From NCBI GenBank assembly GCA_047947115.1, contig CP170459.1, positions 2,816,001 to 2,880,000 of the forward strand: DNA of 64,000 nucleotides. The letters are read 5' to 3'. The notes below the pieces were generated by a model. That model saw nothing but the letters and a program-made list of their open reading frames with translations. It did no database searches and had not been told where the DNA came from. Below, piece after piece: positions 30,174 through 40,493 of the stretch; position 1 is the stretch's first letter, and each line of letters starts with the position of its first letter. The position numbers and the translations under genes were made by a program. This DNA is from Verrucomicrobiota bacterium (GTDB lineage Bacteria; Verrucomicrobiota; Verrucomicrobiia; Limisphaerales; AAA164-E04).

Positions 30174-31628
30174 ATGGCTGATTGGAAGGAAAAGAAAGTA
30201 TTGGTGATGGGCCTCGGCAAAAGCGGGGCGGCTGCTTCTTCATACCTCGCTGACCGGGGGGCGACTGTCTGCGCGATAGACTCACAGTCCAATGCCGATC
30301 TGGAACGTGTCTCCCACGACCTCGAATCCAGGGGGATAGAGGTCCGTTTGGGAGCAAATATTCTTCCGGACTCTGCATTCGACTTGGCGGTGGTCAGTCC
30401 GGGGGTGCCGCTTGATGTGCCCTTGATGCAGAAGATGGCAGAGCGCAAGATCCCGGTCATTGGTGAACTTGAATTGGGATTTCAGGAATCAAAATGCCTG
30501 AACATCGCCATAACCGGTACCAATGGCAAAACGACAACAACCCACCTCATCAAGGATATACTGGCTTCCGGTCAACGAAACACAGAAATTGCCGGAAATG
30601 TCGGGGTGCCGATCAGTTCACTGATCAAATCCACCAAAGGACTGGACTTTTTGACGCTTGAGGTCAGCTCGTTCCAGTTGGAAACCATTCGATATTTCCG
30701 TCCGGCCATCGGAGTTCTGCTCAACCTGGCTTCCGATCACCAGGATCGTCATGAATCCTATGACGAATACTGCCGAATCAAGGCCCGTCTCTTTGAGAAT
30801 CAACTGTCCCATGACTGGGCGATCATTCAAAGTGAAGCCCTTGCCAAACTTCGGTCACTGGGGGTAAAGATACCTGGCAAAGTGATTACATTCAGCGCGG
30901 AAAGTCGCCAGGCCGATGTGTTTTTGGACCGGGGATTGTTGATCAGTCGAATGGACGGATGGGCGGGCCCTCTGCTGAATCTTGCGGATTGCCGGGTCAG
31001 TGGGCCTCACAACGCAGAGAACATTATGGCTGCGTTGTTGGTAGGACGGGTGTTGCGGATTCCTCTGGAGGCCATGAAGGCAGCCGTACATTCATTTTCC
31101 GCTCCGCCACATCGTTGTGAACAGGTGGGGGAGATCAATGGGGTAAGATTCATCAACGATTCAAAAGCCACCAATCCACATGCCACCGTCCAGGCCTTGC
31201 GGTCGATGAAAGCAGAACGCAACGGAGAGCCCAATGTATGGCTGATTGCCGGAGGAGATGACAAAGGACTTCAGTTTCATGATCTTGGACCACTTATTTC
31301 ACAGAAGGTGAAGGGGGCTTTCCTGATCGGCAAAGCGCGTGAACAATTAAGTGCCGCCTGGAGTTTATTTGCCCCTTGTCAATATTGTGATGATCTTGTA
31401 CAAGCTGTCACTGAAGCAGCAAGAAAAGCCTTACCTTCTGACGTCGTATTATTATCACCTGCGTGCTCCAGTTTGGATATGTTTCGTAATTACGAGCATC
31501 GCGGGGAGGTGTTTCGAAAAGTCGTAAATCAGTTGAGCGCCACAGGAGCCCTTGACAAGCATGCCGGCTCCGCGAGCAACGCCGTAAACCCAGAAACAGA
31601 CAACCGATCTTCAGCGAAAGCAAGTTGA
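30174..31628 (+). CDS. murD: UDP-MurNAc-L-Ala:D-Glu ligase
   Basis: GLGKSG, VSPGVP, ITGTNGKTTTT, EVSSFQLE, NDSKATN, LLSPACSSLDMF. Confidence 0.97.
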   Translation: MADWKEKKVLVMGLGKSGAAASSYLADRGATVCAIDSQSNADLERVSHDLESRGIEVRLGANILPDSAFDLAVVSPGVPLDVPLMQKMAERKIPVIGELELGFQESKCLNIAITGTNGKTTTTHLIKDILASGQRNTEIAGNVGVPISSLIKSTKGLDFLTLEVSSFQLETIRYFRPAIGVLLNLASDHQDRHESYDEYCRIKARLFENQLSHDWAIIQSEALAKLRSLGVKIPGKVITFSAESRQADVFLDRGLLISRMDGWAGPLLNLADCRVSGPHNAENIMAALLVGRVLRIPLEAMKAAVHSFSAPPHRCEQVGEINGVRFINDSKATNPHATVQALRSMKAERNGEPNVWLIAGGDDKGLQFHDLGPLISQKVKGAFLIGKAREQLSAAWSLFAPCQYCDDLVQAVTEAARKALPSDVVLLSPACSSLDMFRNYEHRGEVFRKVVNQLSATGALDKHAGSASNAVNPETDNRSSAKAS

Positions 31629-31708
31629 AGTGAATTGCCGTATTCAGATTTGAATTTGTTACAGATTTTACCAGCGCAAAATTAGAATTGTGATACATTA
31701 AAGTTCCC

Positions 31709-32584
31709 ATGAAAGACCATAGTCCGCTCATTCCATCCGGCTCCGCTTTGGAGCAGTTGCAGCGCCGTAAGACAAAGGTGCTGTCGACCGTATTTGTCAT
31801 TGTTGCCGCACACGTGTTGCCTATCACCGGTCTGCTGCTGATGCAGGGGTGCAAACCCGATGGCCAGGCGGTGGCCAAGAATGATGCCGAAGACACCACT
31901 ACGACCAATGAAGAACAGAAAGCTCCTGTTACTGACGATGAATTGTATGGAGAGTTTGCGTTGCAGAATAATAAAATCACCATGCCCATACAGGACGTGA
32001 CCAATGGCGTTTCTGAACCGATCAAGACCGACCCTGACAGTCCGGTTGCTCCGGCGGATGCCCCGGATCTGGACACGGGAATTTCAAGCGATTGGGTCTT
32101 GAAGGATCAAACAGGCGGACCGATCGACAACAACAGCATCCCTGAAAAAACGATTGCGACTGACCTGACGTCCACTCCCAAGACCGAGGAAGTGAAACGA
32201 GGACTGATCGAGCACGAAATCAAGTCCGGAGATTTGCTGTCCAGATTGGCCAGCAAATACAACACGACCCTCAAGGACATTCTGGCCAAAAATCCCGGTG
32301 TGGATCCTCGAAAACTTCGCATTGGATATAAATTGTTCATTCCTCAAAACTCCGCCCTTGATTCAGGCGTTTCCGTTCAAACTGCCTCTAGCGCCACGTC
32401 GACTCCGGTGACCAACGGCCAGAAGGTATATACCGTCAAAGCAGGAGATTATCTGACCACCATTGCCAAGAACAACGGGGTGAGTCTGGAGGCGTTGAGA
32501 AAGGCCAACAATATCAACACCCACATTATCCATCCCGGTCAGAAACTGGTCATTCCGGTGAAGACGGTCGCTTCGGGACGGTAA
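31709..32584 (+). CDS. Membrane-anchored or lipoprotein LysM (x2) peptidoglycan-binding protein
   Basis: Hydrophobic segment ending LMQGC. Two LysM repeats (HEIKSGDLLSRLA..LRIGYKLFIP; YTVKAGDYLTTIA..IHPGQKLVIP). Confidence 0.88.
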   Translation: MKDHSPLIPSGSALEQLQRRKTKVLSTVFVIVAAHVLPITGLLLMQGCKPDGQAVAKNDAEDTTTTNEEQKAPVTDDELYGEFALQNNKITMPIQDVTNGVSEPIKTDPDSPVAPADAPDLDTGISSDWVLKDQTGGPIDNNSIPEKTIATDLTSTPKTEEVKRGLIEHEIKSGDLLSRLASKYNTTLKDILAKNPGVDPRKLRIGYKLFIPQNSALDSGVSVQTASSATSTPVTNGQKVYTVKAGDYLTTIAKNNGVSLEALRKANNINTHIIHPGQKLVIPVKTVASGR

Positions 32585-32622
32585 CATCGAAGTGGATAGG
32601 GTTTTCCGGCAAAGATCAACCT

Positions 32623-33789
32623 TTGGAAACAACAGGAATGAGTGGAGTGGAAAGCAAATGTCAGGGTGTGCGGCAGGCCACCTACTTGTTGATCTTGTGT
32701 GTGGCGTTTCTGCTCACCTTTGGTTCTGTGGTGATCTATAGTGCCAGCATGCATGAGGAGGGGTCGTCCCTGTTGGTCAGACATGTGATGTATGTCGGTC
32801 TGGGGTTATGCGGCGCTTTGTTTCTCGCATGGAAGGATTACGCGTGGATTCAGAAAAACGCGCTTTGGTTTTTTACGGTGGCTGTGGTGTTGTTGGCATT
32901 GATCTTTGTCGCGGGTGAGGTGCGGAACCATGCTCGTCGGTGGTTTGTCTTCAGGAACTCCATCAGTTTTCAACCCTCGGAGTTTGCCAAACTGGCATTG
33001 ATCGTTTTCCTTGCATGGTATGGCGAAAAATACAGCGAGCAAATGAAGAGCTGGAGCAAGGGTTTTATCTATCCTCTGTTGCCCATTGGTTTGCTGTTGG
33101 GTTTGATATTTGCCGAGCCTGACCGGGGAACCACGATTTTGCTGGGTGCTCTTACAGCCATGGTGCTTTTGTTGGCCGGTTCGCGTTGGACCGGTTTTGC
33201 AGCGTTGTTTACCGCGGGGATCAGTGGTTTGATTTACATTTTCAGTACCCAGAGTATGCCGCGACAACGCTTGATGGCATGGTTGTATCCGGAGAAGTTC
33301 AAGGAGGATCAGGCTTACCAAATTTGGCAGTCATTGCTTGCATTTGGTTCGGGAGGTCTGGAGGGAATGGGGCTTGGTAATGGCAGGATCAAGATCAAGT
33401 TTCTGCCGGAGCAACAGACGGATTTTATTTTCGCCGTTGTGGGTGAAGAGTTGGGCTTGTTTGTATCCATCGGATTGGTTTTGATGTTTGCTTTGCTGGT
33501 GCTTTGTGGTCTGTTTATTGCCTGGAATGCCAGAGATCGATTTGGCTTTCTCACCGCTTCCGGGATCACGTTCCTGATCGGGATGCAGGCACTGATCAAT
33601 GTGGCGGTGGTTACCAATACCCTTCCCAACAAAGGATTATCATTACCGTTTATCAGTTACGGAGGATCCAATCTCATGTTTATGATGGCCGGAGTCGGAA
33701 TTCTGGTGAGCATCGCTCATCATTCCGTCAAATCCATTGGTCAAATCGGCCCTTTACCCGTCGAGCCGGAAGAATTGCTGCGCGCATGA
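32623..33789 (+). CDS. ftsW: SEDS peptidoglycan polymerase FtsW
   Basis: ARRW, FQPSEFAK, EPDRGT, LPEQQTDFIFAVVGEELG, PNKGLSLPFISYGGS. Confidence 0.96.
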   Translation: METTGMSGVESKCQGVRQATYLLILCVAFLLTFGSVVIYSASMHEEGSSLLVRHVMYVGLGLCGALFLAWKDYAWIQKNALWFFTVAVVLLALIFVAGEVRNHARRWFVFRNSISFQPSEFAKLALIVFLAWYGEKYSEQMKSWSKGFIYPLLPIGLLLGLIFAEPDRGTTILLGALTAMVLLLAGSRWTGFAALFTAGISGLIYIFSTQSMPRQRLMAWLYPEKFKEDQAYQIWQSLLAFGSGGLEGMGLGNGRIKIKFLPEQQTDFIFAVVGEELGLFVSIGLVLMFALLVLCGLFIAWNARDRFGFLTASGITFLIGMQALINVAVVTNTLPNKGLSLPFISYGGSNLMFMMAGVGILVSIAHHSVKSIGQIGPLPVEPEELLRA

Positions 33790-35003
33790 ATGACTCTGAT
33801 GACACAACTCCTCGATCTTTCAAAGTAGCCCTTGCCTGCGGAGGCACAGGAGGACACCTCTTCCCCGGAGTGGCCATCGCCGATGTGTTGAAGCAAAACG
33901 GGCATGAAGTTTTATTGATTTTATCTGACAAGAAAGTGGATCAAGCCGCCTCCTCATCGATCCATCATCCCCATATCACTTTGCCCAGCGTGGCTTGGCA
34001 GAAAGGAAAGCGTCTGCGTTTTCTGACCAGTTTCCCCAAAGTCCTTCACCGGTGTCGCACGGTTTTCAAGGATCATTGCCCGGATGCCGTACTTGCGATG
34101 GGTGGTTTTACCAGTCTTGCCCCGGTATTGACCGCTCGTCGTTGGAAAAAACCTGTGTTCCTGCATGAAAGTAACGCTTTTCCCGGTCGAGCCATTCGGT
34201 TGCTGGCCCGGTGGGCTGACACTGGGTTTGTGGGATTCGAAAAGACCATCAGCAGGATTCCGGGTGTCCCATGTCATGTTACAGGAACTCCAGTTCGTAA
34301 ATCCTTGCGTCAATTGGACAGGGAAGCTTGTGTTCGTGCTCTGGGGTTAAAAGTCGATCGTCCGGTGTTGTTGGTTACCGGAGGCAGTCAGGGAGCTGTT
34401 GCCATCAATCGCTTGATCTTATCCAATCTCGACAGGATTAAGTCAACGTTTCCCACTCTTCAGATCATGCACTTGTGTGGTTTGCATGAAGACCTGCCGG
34501 GTGTGTGCCGACAATATGCTAACCATGGAATCGACGCACAAGTCCACGCATTTTTCGATCGGATGGATCTCGCCCTTGGAGCTGCGACAGCCGCCATCGG
34601 AAGATCCGGCGCTTCGTTCATGGCTGAACTCGTTGCGGTCGGTCTGCCCTCTATGTTGATTCCATTTCCTCATGCGGCTGATAATCATCAGTTGGAAAAC
34701 GCGTTGAGCCTGAGTGAACTGGGCGCTGCCATTCATTTTGATGAGCAAACCGCTGACGCAGGCATTTTCATCAAGAAATTGGAAATTCTTCTGAAAGATG
34801 ATGCCCAACGATCCAGGATGCGGGCGGTCATGTCGGGGTTGGATCGTCCGGATTCGGCGCAGGTTATTGTTTCACACATGTCCACGCTTGTCGGCAGCCG
34901 CCGTTTCAATGAAAAAGGATCGGAAAAGTCGCGGCAATCAACCAACGCACAGGGCAGATCCGGTCAATCGCATTCAAGCCATCAGGTATCGACGGTGTCA
35001 TGA
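33786..35003 (+). CDS. murG: Lipid I N-acetylglucosaminyltransferase
   Basis: GGTGGHLFP, HESNAFPG, GGSQGA, RSGAS, HQLENA. Start ATG 33786 overlaps the ftsW stop. Confidence 0.96.
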   Translation: MNDSDDTTPRSFKVALACGGTGGHLFPGVAIADVLKQNGHEVLLILSDKKVDQAASSSIHHPHITLPSVAWQKGKRLRFLTSFPKVLHRCRTVFKDHCPDAVLAMGGFTSLAPVLTARRWKKPVFLHESNAFPGRAIRLLARWADTGFVGFEKTISRIPGVPCHVTGTPVRKSLRQLDREACVRALGLKVDRPVLLVTGGSQGAVAINRLILSNLDRIKSTFPTLQIMHLCGLHEDLPGVCRQYANHGIDAQVHAFFDRMDLALGAATAAIGRSGASFMAELVAVGLPSMLIPFPHAADNHQLENALSLSELGAAIHFDEQTADAGIFIKKLEILLKDDAQRSRMRAVMSGLDRPDSAQVIVSHMSTLVGSRRFNEKGSEKSRQSTNAQGRSGQSHSSHQVSTVS

Positions 35004-37363
35004 TCACAGAAAATCCATTTGCATTGAACGACTGGTTGAAGGAGCACCCGGGGGCGGGACTCTATTTTGTTGGAATTGGTGGTTGTGGTATGAGTGGTCT
35101 GGCTCATTTGGCGGTGGATGCCGGATTTCGTGTGGCCGGTTCCGACTTGAGTCACAAGGAATATCTGGAATCACTCAAAGGTCGGGGAGTGGCCATTGAA
35201 TTGGGACACTCTGTCGATCATCTGGAAGGATTCAAACCTGATTTGCTGGTTGTGTCGTCGGCCATTCCAGAAAGCAATCCCCAGTTCGAAGCGGCCAGAC
35301 AGTGGAATGTTCCCATGGTGCATCGGGCTGCATTGTTGGGTGCCTTGAGCCGTACCAAACGTTCGCTTTGTGTCGCGGGCATGCACGGGAAGACCACCAC
35401 ATCGGGCTTGCTTGCTTATGCGCTGCAGAATTTGAATGCTCCCATGTCGCACGCCATCGGAGGTCGGGTGCCTCAACTGGTGCGGCATGGAAATCATATC
35501 GCCCCGGTGCCCCTATCCGCACAGTCCGAGGGGATACCTCCTTACATGGTGGTGGAAACGGATGAAAGCGACGGGAGTCTCCTGGAGTTTGAGCCCGATC
35601 ATGCGATTTGCCTGAACATCGATCGTGAACACATGGACTATTACCGGTCCATCGATGACATTGTTCAGGTATTTGAACGGTTTCGGGATCGGGTTCGCGG
35701 CAAGACGCTGTATTGTGTGGACGACGCACGTCTCCGGGAGGTGTTTATGGGGCACGAGCAGGCGGTCTCCTTCGGCTTTTCACCTTTGGCTGTCTATCAG
35801 ATTGAAAACCATCAACCGGCCTCACACTTGAATCCCTACCACCGATTCAGTCTGCGCCATGGACGCCGTTCTCACGATGATTTTGAAATCAGCATCCACG
35901 GTCGGGACAATGTTTCCAATGCGGCTGCCGTGTTGGTGATGTTGCTCGAACTGGGGTATGCGGTGGGTGATATCCGATATGCCATTCGTGATTTTCGGGG
36001 AGTTGATCGTCGGCAGCAGGTGTTGTTTCAGGACACCGATCACACCGTGATTGATGATTACGGGCATCACCCTACGGAAATTGCCAGCACCTTGAGTTCC
36101 CTCCGATCCCGTGCTGAAGGTCGGTTGCTGGTTGCTTTTGAGCCGCATCGTTACTCGCGTACGGCGAGTTTGATGGATGAATTTGGGAAATGTTTCAAGC
36201 AGGCCGATCGGCTTTGGTTGTTGGATATTTATGCGGCTCACGAGAACCCATTGCCCGGAGTGTCCAGCGAATCTTTGGCTCATCAACTGGCAAAGCAAGG
36301 TGTGCCGGTCGTTCATCATTCGGATGCATCCACTCTGCCGGCAGCCATTCGATCTGAATTGAATCCCGGAGATTGGGTGGTGTTTCTGGGGGCTGGCACC
36401 ATCACCAGGTCGGCTCAGGCTTTCGCCGACATATTGAAAGGAGAACATCATATGGATCTGAATAACCTGTCTCAGTCTCTCAGCCGTTGCTTGAGCCAGG
36501 TGAGCACCATTAAAACCAACGAACTTCTCGGGCCGAAAACGACTCTTAAAGTCGGTGGACCCGCCGATATGTTTGTTGTTCCCGGGCATTGCGACGATTT
36601 GGCGGCGACCTTGAAGTGGGCCAAAGCACATCACGTGCCGCTGACTCTGTTGGGTAGGGGATCCAATTTATTGATCAAGGATAAAGGCATCCGAGGGTTG
36701 GTGGTTTCTTTGTCTCATGAGACGTTTTCCGAGATCAGTGTTGAGGGAGATCGACTCGTTTGCGGCGCGGGAACCCGTCTCAAGCAGTTGACCGAGGTTG
36801 CCCGCAAGAATGGGCTGGCCGGATTGGAGTTTTTGGAGGGGATTCCCGGTTGTGTGGGAGGGGCTTTACGGATGAACGCCGGCGCGATGGGGCGCGAGAC
36901 TTTTGGTGTGGTGGAGCAAATGACCACCATGGATCGCGACGGAAATCTCCATGTCTGGAAGGCATCTGAAGTTGCCACGCATTACCGACGGTGTCCATTG
37001 CTGACAAAACACATCGCTCTTTCCGCTGTTTTCAAAGGAACCCCATCGGAACCTGAAACGGTGAAGCGTACCATGGATGATTACTGCCAGCGTCGGAAAG
37101 GTTCCCAACCGATCGCCTCCAGCGCGGGATGCATGTTTAAGAATCCGGAGAACATTCCTGCGGGGAAATTGATTGATGAACTGGGATTGAAAGGAACGCG
37201 TATCGGAGATGCCATGATTTCCGAGGTGCACGGTAACTTTATTGTCAACTTGGGGGATGCCCGGTCCAGTGATGTGATTACTCTGATCGAGCTGGTCAAG
37301 GATCGGGCTAAATCAAATCGGGGCATCGATTTGGAAGTGGAAGTTCAGGTGGTGGGAGAATGA
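35000..37363 (+). CDS. murC-murB: Fused MurC (L-Ala ligase) - MurB (UDP-MurNAc reductase)
   Basis: MurC motifs FVGIGGCGMSGLA, GMHGKTTT, ETDESDGS, DDYGHHPTEI, followed in the same ORF by MurB motifs TTLKVGGPA, GRGSNLL, GIPGCVGGALRMNAGA, SAGCMFKNP, HGNFIVN. Confidence 0.95.
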   Translation: MITENPFALNDWLKEHPGAGLYFVGIGGCGMSGLAHLAVDAGFRVAGSDLSHKEYLESLKGRGVAIELGHSVDHLEGFKPDLLVVSSAIPESNPQFEAARQWNVPMVHRAALLGALSRTKRSLCVAGMHGKTTTSGLLAYALQNLNAPMSHAIGGRVPQLVRHGNHIAPVPLSAQSEGIPPYMVVETDESDGSLLEFEPDHAICLNIDREHMDYYRSIDDIVQVFERFRDRVRGKTLYCVDDARLREVFMGHEQAVSFGFSPLAVYQIENHQPASHLNPYHRFSLRHGRRSHDDFEISIHGRDNVSNAAAVLVMLLELGYAVGDIRYAIRDFRGVDRRQQVLFQDTDHTVIDDYGHHPTEIASTLSSLRSRAEGRLLVAFEPHRYSRTASLMDEFGKCFKQADRLWLLDIYAAHENPLPGVSSESLAHQLAKQGVPVVHHSDASTLPAAIRSELNPGDWVVFLGAGTITRSAQAFADILKGEHHMDLNNLSQSLSRCLSQVSTIKTNELLGPKTTLKVGGPADMFVVPGHCDDLAATLKWAKAHHVPLTLLGRGSNLLIKDKGIRGLVVSLSHETFSEISVEGDRLVCGAGTRLKQLTEVARKNGLAGLEFLEGIPGCVGGALRMNAGAMGRETFGVVEQMTTMDRDGNLHVWKASEVATHYRRCPLLTKHIALSAVFKGTPSEPETVKRTMDDYCQRRKGSQPIASSAGCMFKNPENIPAGKLIDELGLKGTRIGDAMISEVHGNFIVNLGDARSSDVITLIELVKDRAKSNRGIDLEVEVQVVGE

Positions 37364-38289
37364 GTCATAACCTCAATATTGCAGTCTTGATGGGCGGACC
37401 TTCGGCGGAACGCGAGGTCTCGCTGAAATCCGGTGCCGCCGTTGCCAAAGCGCTTGAAAGTTGTGGGCACCGGGTGACGAGGGTGGACCCGCAGGATGGC
37501 GTGCTACAGCTGCCGCCGGGAATGGATGTGGTCTTTCTGGCTTTGCACGGGACCTATGGTGAGGATGGTTCCGTCCAGCAGGAACTCGAAGCCATCGGTA
37601 TGCCTTACACTGGCAGCAGGCCGACCGCCAGCCGGCTTGCTTTTGACAAATTGGCTTCGAAACGTGTGTTTTGGGAACAAGGTCTGGCCACACCGAGGTT
37701 CTGCTCGGTGTCCCAGTCGGATGCCACCATTCCGTCGGATCTGGGAATGCCGTTGGTGGTGAAACCTGTCAGGCAAGGGTCCAGCGTTGGTTTGAGTTTT
37801 ATTCGCGAAACCGGACAATGGGTGAGTGCCCTTGAGGAGGTTTTGAAATTTGGTGGGGAAGCATTGGTGGAAGAATTCATTACAGGCCGCGAACTGACCG
37901 TTGGCATACTTGGGGAGGAAGCTTGTCCCATAGTGGAAATTCGTCCCAATGACGAGGCAGCCTATGATTATGAACACAAATACACCGTGGGGGCGACGCG
38001 CTACTTCTGCCCTGCTGATTTGGATGAAGAAGTGACGCGTCAATGTCAGTTGCTGGCTTTGAACGCTTTCAAGGCTCTGGGCTGTGAGGGGTATGGGCGT
38101 GTGGACATCATGCTGGATGGGGATCAGGCCTATTTGTTGGAAGTGAACACACTGCCCGGCATGACCGAAACCAGCTTGTTGCCCATGTCGGCGGGCGCGA
38201 GGGATATGGGGTTTGCCGAATTATGTGAGTGGATGATTCAGGACGCTCTGGATCGCCACGCAAAAAACAACAAAGGGAACCCTGCTTGA
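37360..38289 (+). CDS. ddl: D-alanine--D-alanine ligase
   Basis: GGPSAEREVSL, LHGTYGEDG, GSSVG, YDYEHKY, LEVNTLPGMT. Confidence 0.97.
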   Translation: MSHNLNIAVLMGGPSAEREVSLKSGAAVAKALESCGHRVTRVDPQDGVLQLPPGMDVVFLALHGTYGEDGSVQQELEAIGMPYTGSRPTASRLAFDKLASKRVFWEQGLATPRFCSVSQSDATIPSDLGMPLVVKPVRQGSSVGLSFIRETGQWVSALEEVLKFGGEALVEEFITGRELTVGILGEEACPIVEIRPNDEAAYDYEHKYTVGATRYFCPADLDEEVTRQCQLLALNAFKALGCEGYGRVDIMLDGDQAYLLEVNTLPGMTETSLLPMSAGARDMGFAELCEWMIQDALDRHAKNNKGNPA

Positions 38290-38305
38290 TAGATTGAATC
38301 GAACC

Positions 38306-39277
38306 ATGTTTTTCTTTTCCCAAAAATCACCTTTCAGCGCCGAGTCCACTTCGGAGGACATCGGGCTGGGACGTCAGCGTCGCGAGAAAAGAAAAAGGCG
38401 GGTGCGGCGAGTGCTGCGTGTGGGAAGTTGGCTGAGCGCCGTCCTGTTTGCCGCCTGGACATTGCACAGCGGGATCCACATTTTTCTTCAGAAGTATGTT
38501 TATACGAATGATACCCTCTCCTTGAAACGATTCACAGTCCGCTCCCAAGGTGTCATTCCACAGCGATTACTGGTGCAATGGACGGGGTTGAAGCCTGGTG
38601 ACAACCTGCTGGGGTTTGAACTGGCCGAAATCAAGCGCAACCTGGAACTGTCTCCGTTCATCGCCGAAGCATCGGTGGAACGTGTCTTTCCCGAAACACT
38701 GAGCATTCATGTGCGTGAACGCAAACCCAAAGCCCGCATACAATTGTTGCAGTTGGACGGGACCCCGAATGGGTCCATCAGGCTGGTTCCATTGATGCTG
38801 GATGAAAAGGGGGTGGTCATGTCACGGCCCACTCAGGGTGAAATACCTATTTCCATGCGATTGAAATGGGATCAACTTCCGGAAATCACGGGTGTCAATG
38901 GCATTCCCATTCACATAGGGCGCGCGGTGGACGATCCTCGCTTGAAAGCCGCCATTCATTGGGTGATGACATTTCAGGAGTCGCTGGTGCACTCTATGGT
39001 GACCGTCACCGAAGTCAACGTATCCGAGCCTGATGTGATCCAAGTGAAAACAGAGGATGGCCAAAAGGTTTTATTTGGTTTTGACGATACCTTGGCTCAA
39101 CTGGCCAAGTGGATGCAGGTGATTGATTTCGGTCGTGAAATCGGTCGCCGACTGTCCTTTTTGAATTTAACCATTCCAAACAACATGCCGTTCGAATGGA
39201 TGCCTGAAGAAGCGCTTCAGGCGGACGAACGGAGAAACAGAACCCAATTGCCTACGTTGAATCATGTGGATGTTTAA
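38306..39277 (+). CDS. ftsQ: Cell division protein FtsQ/DivIB
   Basis: Basic N-terminus, one TM helix, POTRA domain (PFIAEASVERVFPETLSIHVRERKP). Position between ddl and ftsA. Confidence 0.88.
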   Translation: MFFFSQKSPFSAESTSEDIGLGRQRREKRKRRVRRVLRVGSWLSAVLFAAWTLHSGIHIFLQKYVYTNDTLSLKRFTVRSQGVIPQRLLVQWTGLKPGDNLLGFELAEIKRNLELSPFIAEASVERVFPETLSIHVRERKPKARIQLLQLDGTPNGSIRLVPLMLDEKGVVMSRPTQGEIPISMRLKWDQLPEITGVNGIPIHIGRAVDDPRLKAAIHWVMTFQESLVHSMVTVTEVNVSEPDVIQVKTEDGQKVLFGFDDTLAQLAKWMQVIDFGREIGRRLSFLNLTIPNNMPFEWMPEEALQADERRNRTQLPTLNHVDV

Positions 39278-40493
39278 GCAGGATTCCTTTGTGACCGCAC
39301 TTGAAATTGGCACTTCGAAAGTCGTTGCCATCATAGCCGAAGTCAATGAGTCGGAAGCCATCAATATTGTCGGTTTTGGAGAGGCCAAATCGCATGGTGT
39401 GCTCAAAGGCGAAATCATCGATTCCAAAGTGGCTTACGAGGATATTCGAAAGGCCATCCGGGAAGCCGAAGACAGAGCTGACCGAGAGGTGCATCAAGTG
39501 TATCTGGGAGTGACCGGACAACATATCACTTCCAACAACTACACGGGCTCCCACGCCATTGCCTCAAGCGACCGTTTTATTTCCGAAGAAGACGTGGATG
39601 ATGTCATGAGCAATGCCCGACGATTCAACCTGAATCATGGGCAGCACATGATTCATGTCATCCGCCAGCAGTTTAAGGTTGATGGTCGGACGGTACATCA
39701 ATCTCCCATCGGTATGGCCGGATCCGATCTGGCTGTCGTGCTGCATGCAGTTCAGGGGTACAAAGAGCCATTGCAGCGGCCGGTTCAGTTATTGCGTAAA
39801 ATGAAATTGGAAGCCGAGAATCTAGTTTTCAATGGATTGGCTTCCGCACTCTCGGTGTTAAGTCCTGCCCAGAAAGCGGAGGGAGCCTTGGTCATCGATC
39901 TTGGGGCAGGGACCACCGAGTATGCCGCTTGTTCCAAGGGAGTGGTCTGTCATTCAGGTGTGCTGGCCGTGGGGGGGGATCATGTGACGGAAGATTTGTC
40001 GATCGGTTTGGAATGTCCCTTTACTCGCGCCGAAGATTTGAAGATCAAATTTGGATCCGCTGTGGTGTCCGAGTCGGCTCGTGGCCAGGTGAGAGAATTG
40101 GTGAACGAGGTTGGATTGACGGACCGACGTGTCAATGTGGAAAGTTTGAGGCGGATCATGTCTGAACGGTTGAAGGAAATATTCGCAATCATCGCTGCCG
40201 AGCTGGATCGCTGTGACATGACGGACATGGTCCACAGCGTGGTATTGTGTGGCGGTGGTTCATCCACGCCCGAGATTTGCACACTGGCTTCCAAGGTGCT
40301 CGAGTTGCCCGTTCAAATAGGTGCGGGAGTCAATCTGCACGGACCGAGTTCCATCATCGAACGACCTGAATATGCAACCGCGCTTGGTTTACTGAAATTT
40401 GGATCCTTTGACCTGGCGCGCCAGCGCGAATCGGCCGCCTCGCGTATACCGCTCAAGGATCGCATCAAGAGCCTGCTTCGTATCGAATCTTAA
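39270..40493 (+). CDS. ftsA: Cell division protein FtsA
   Basis: ALEIGTSKV, GVLKGEI, VIDLGAGTT, VGGDHVTEDL, AEDLKIKFG, VLCGGGS, YATALGL, C-terminal amphipathic LKDRIKSLL. Confidence 0.95.
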   Translation: MFKQDSFVTALEIGTSKVVAIIAEVNESEAINIVGFGEAKSHGVLKGEIIDSKVAYEDIRKAIREAEDRADREVHQVYLGVTGQHITSNNYTGSHAIASSDRFISEEDVDDVMSNARRFNLNHGQHMIHVIRQQFKVDGRTVHQSPIGMAGSDLAVVLHAVQGYKEPLQRPVQLLRKMKLEAENLVFNGLASALSVLSPAQKAEGALVIDLGAGTTEYAACSKGVVCHSGVLAVGGDHVTEDLSIGLECPFTRAEDLKIKFGSAVVSESARGQVRELVNEVGLTDRRVNVESLRRIMSERLKEIFAIIAAELDRCDMTDMVHSVVLCGGGSSTPEICTLASKVLELPVQIGAGVNLHGPSSIIERPEYATALGLLKFGSFDLARQRESAASRIPLKDRIKSLLRIES

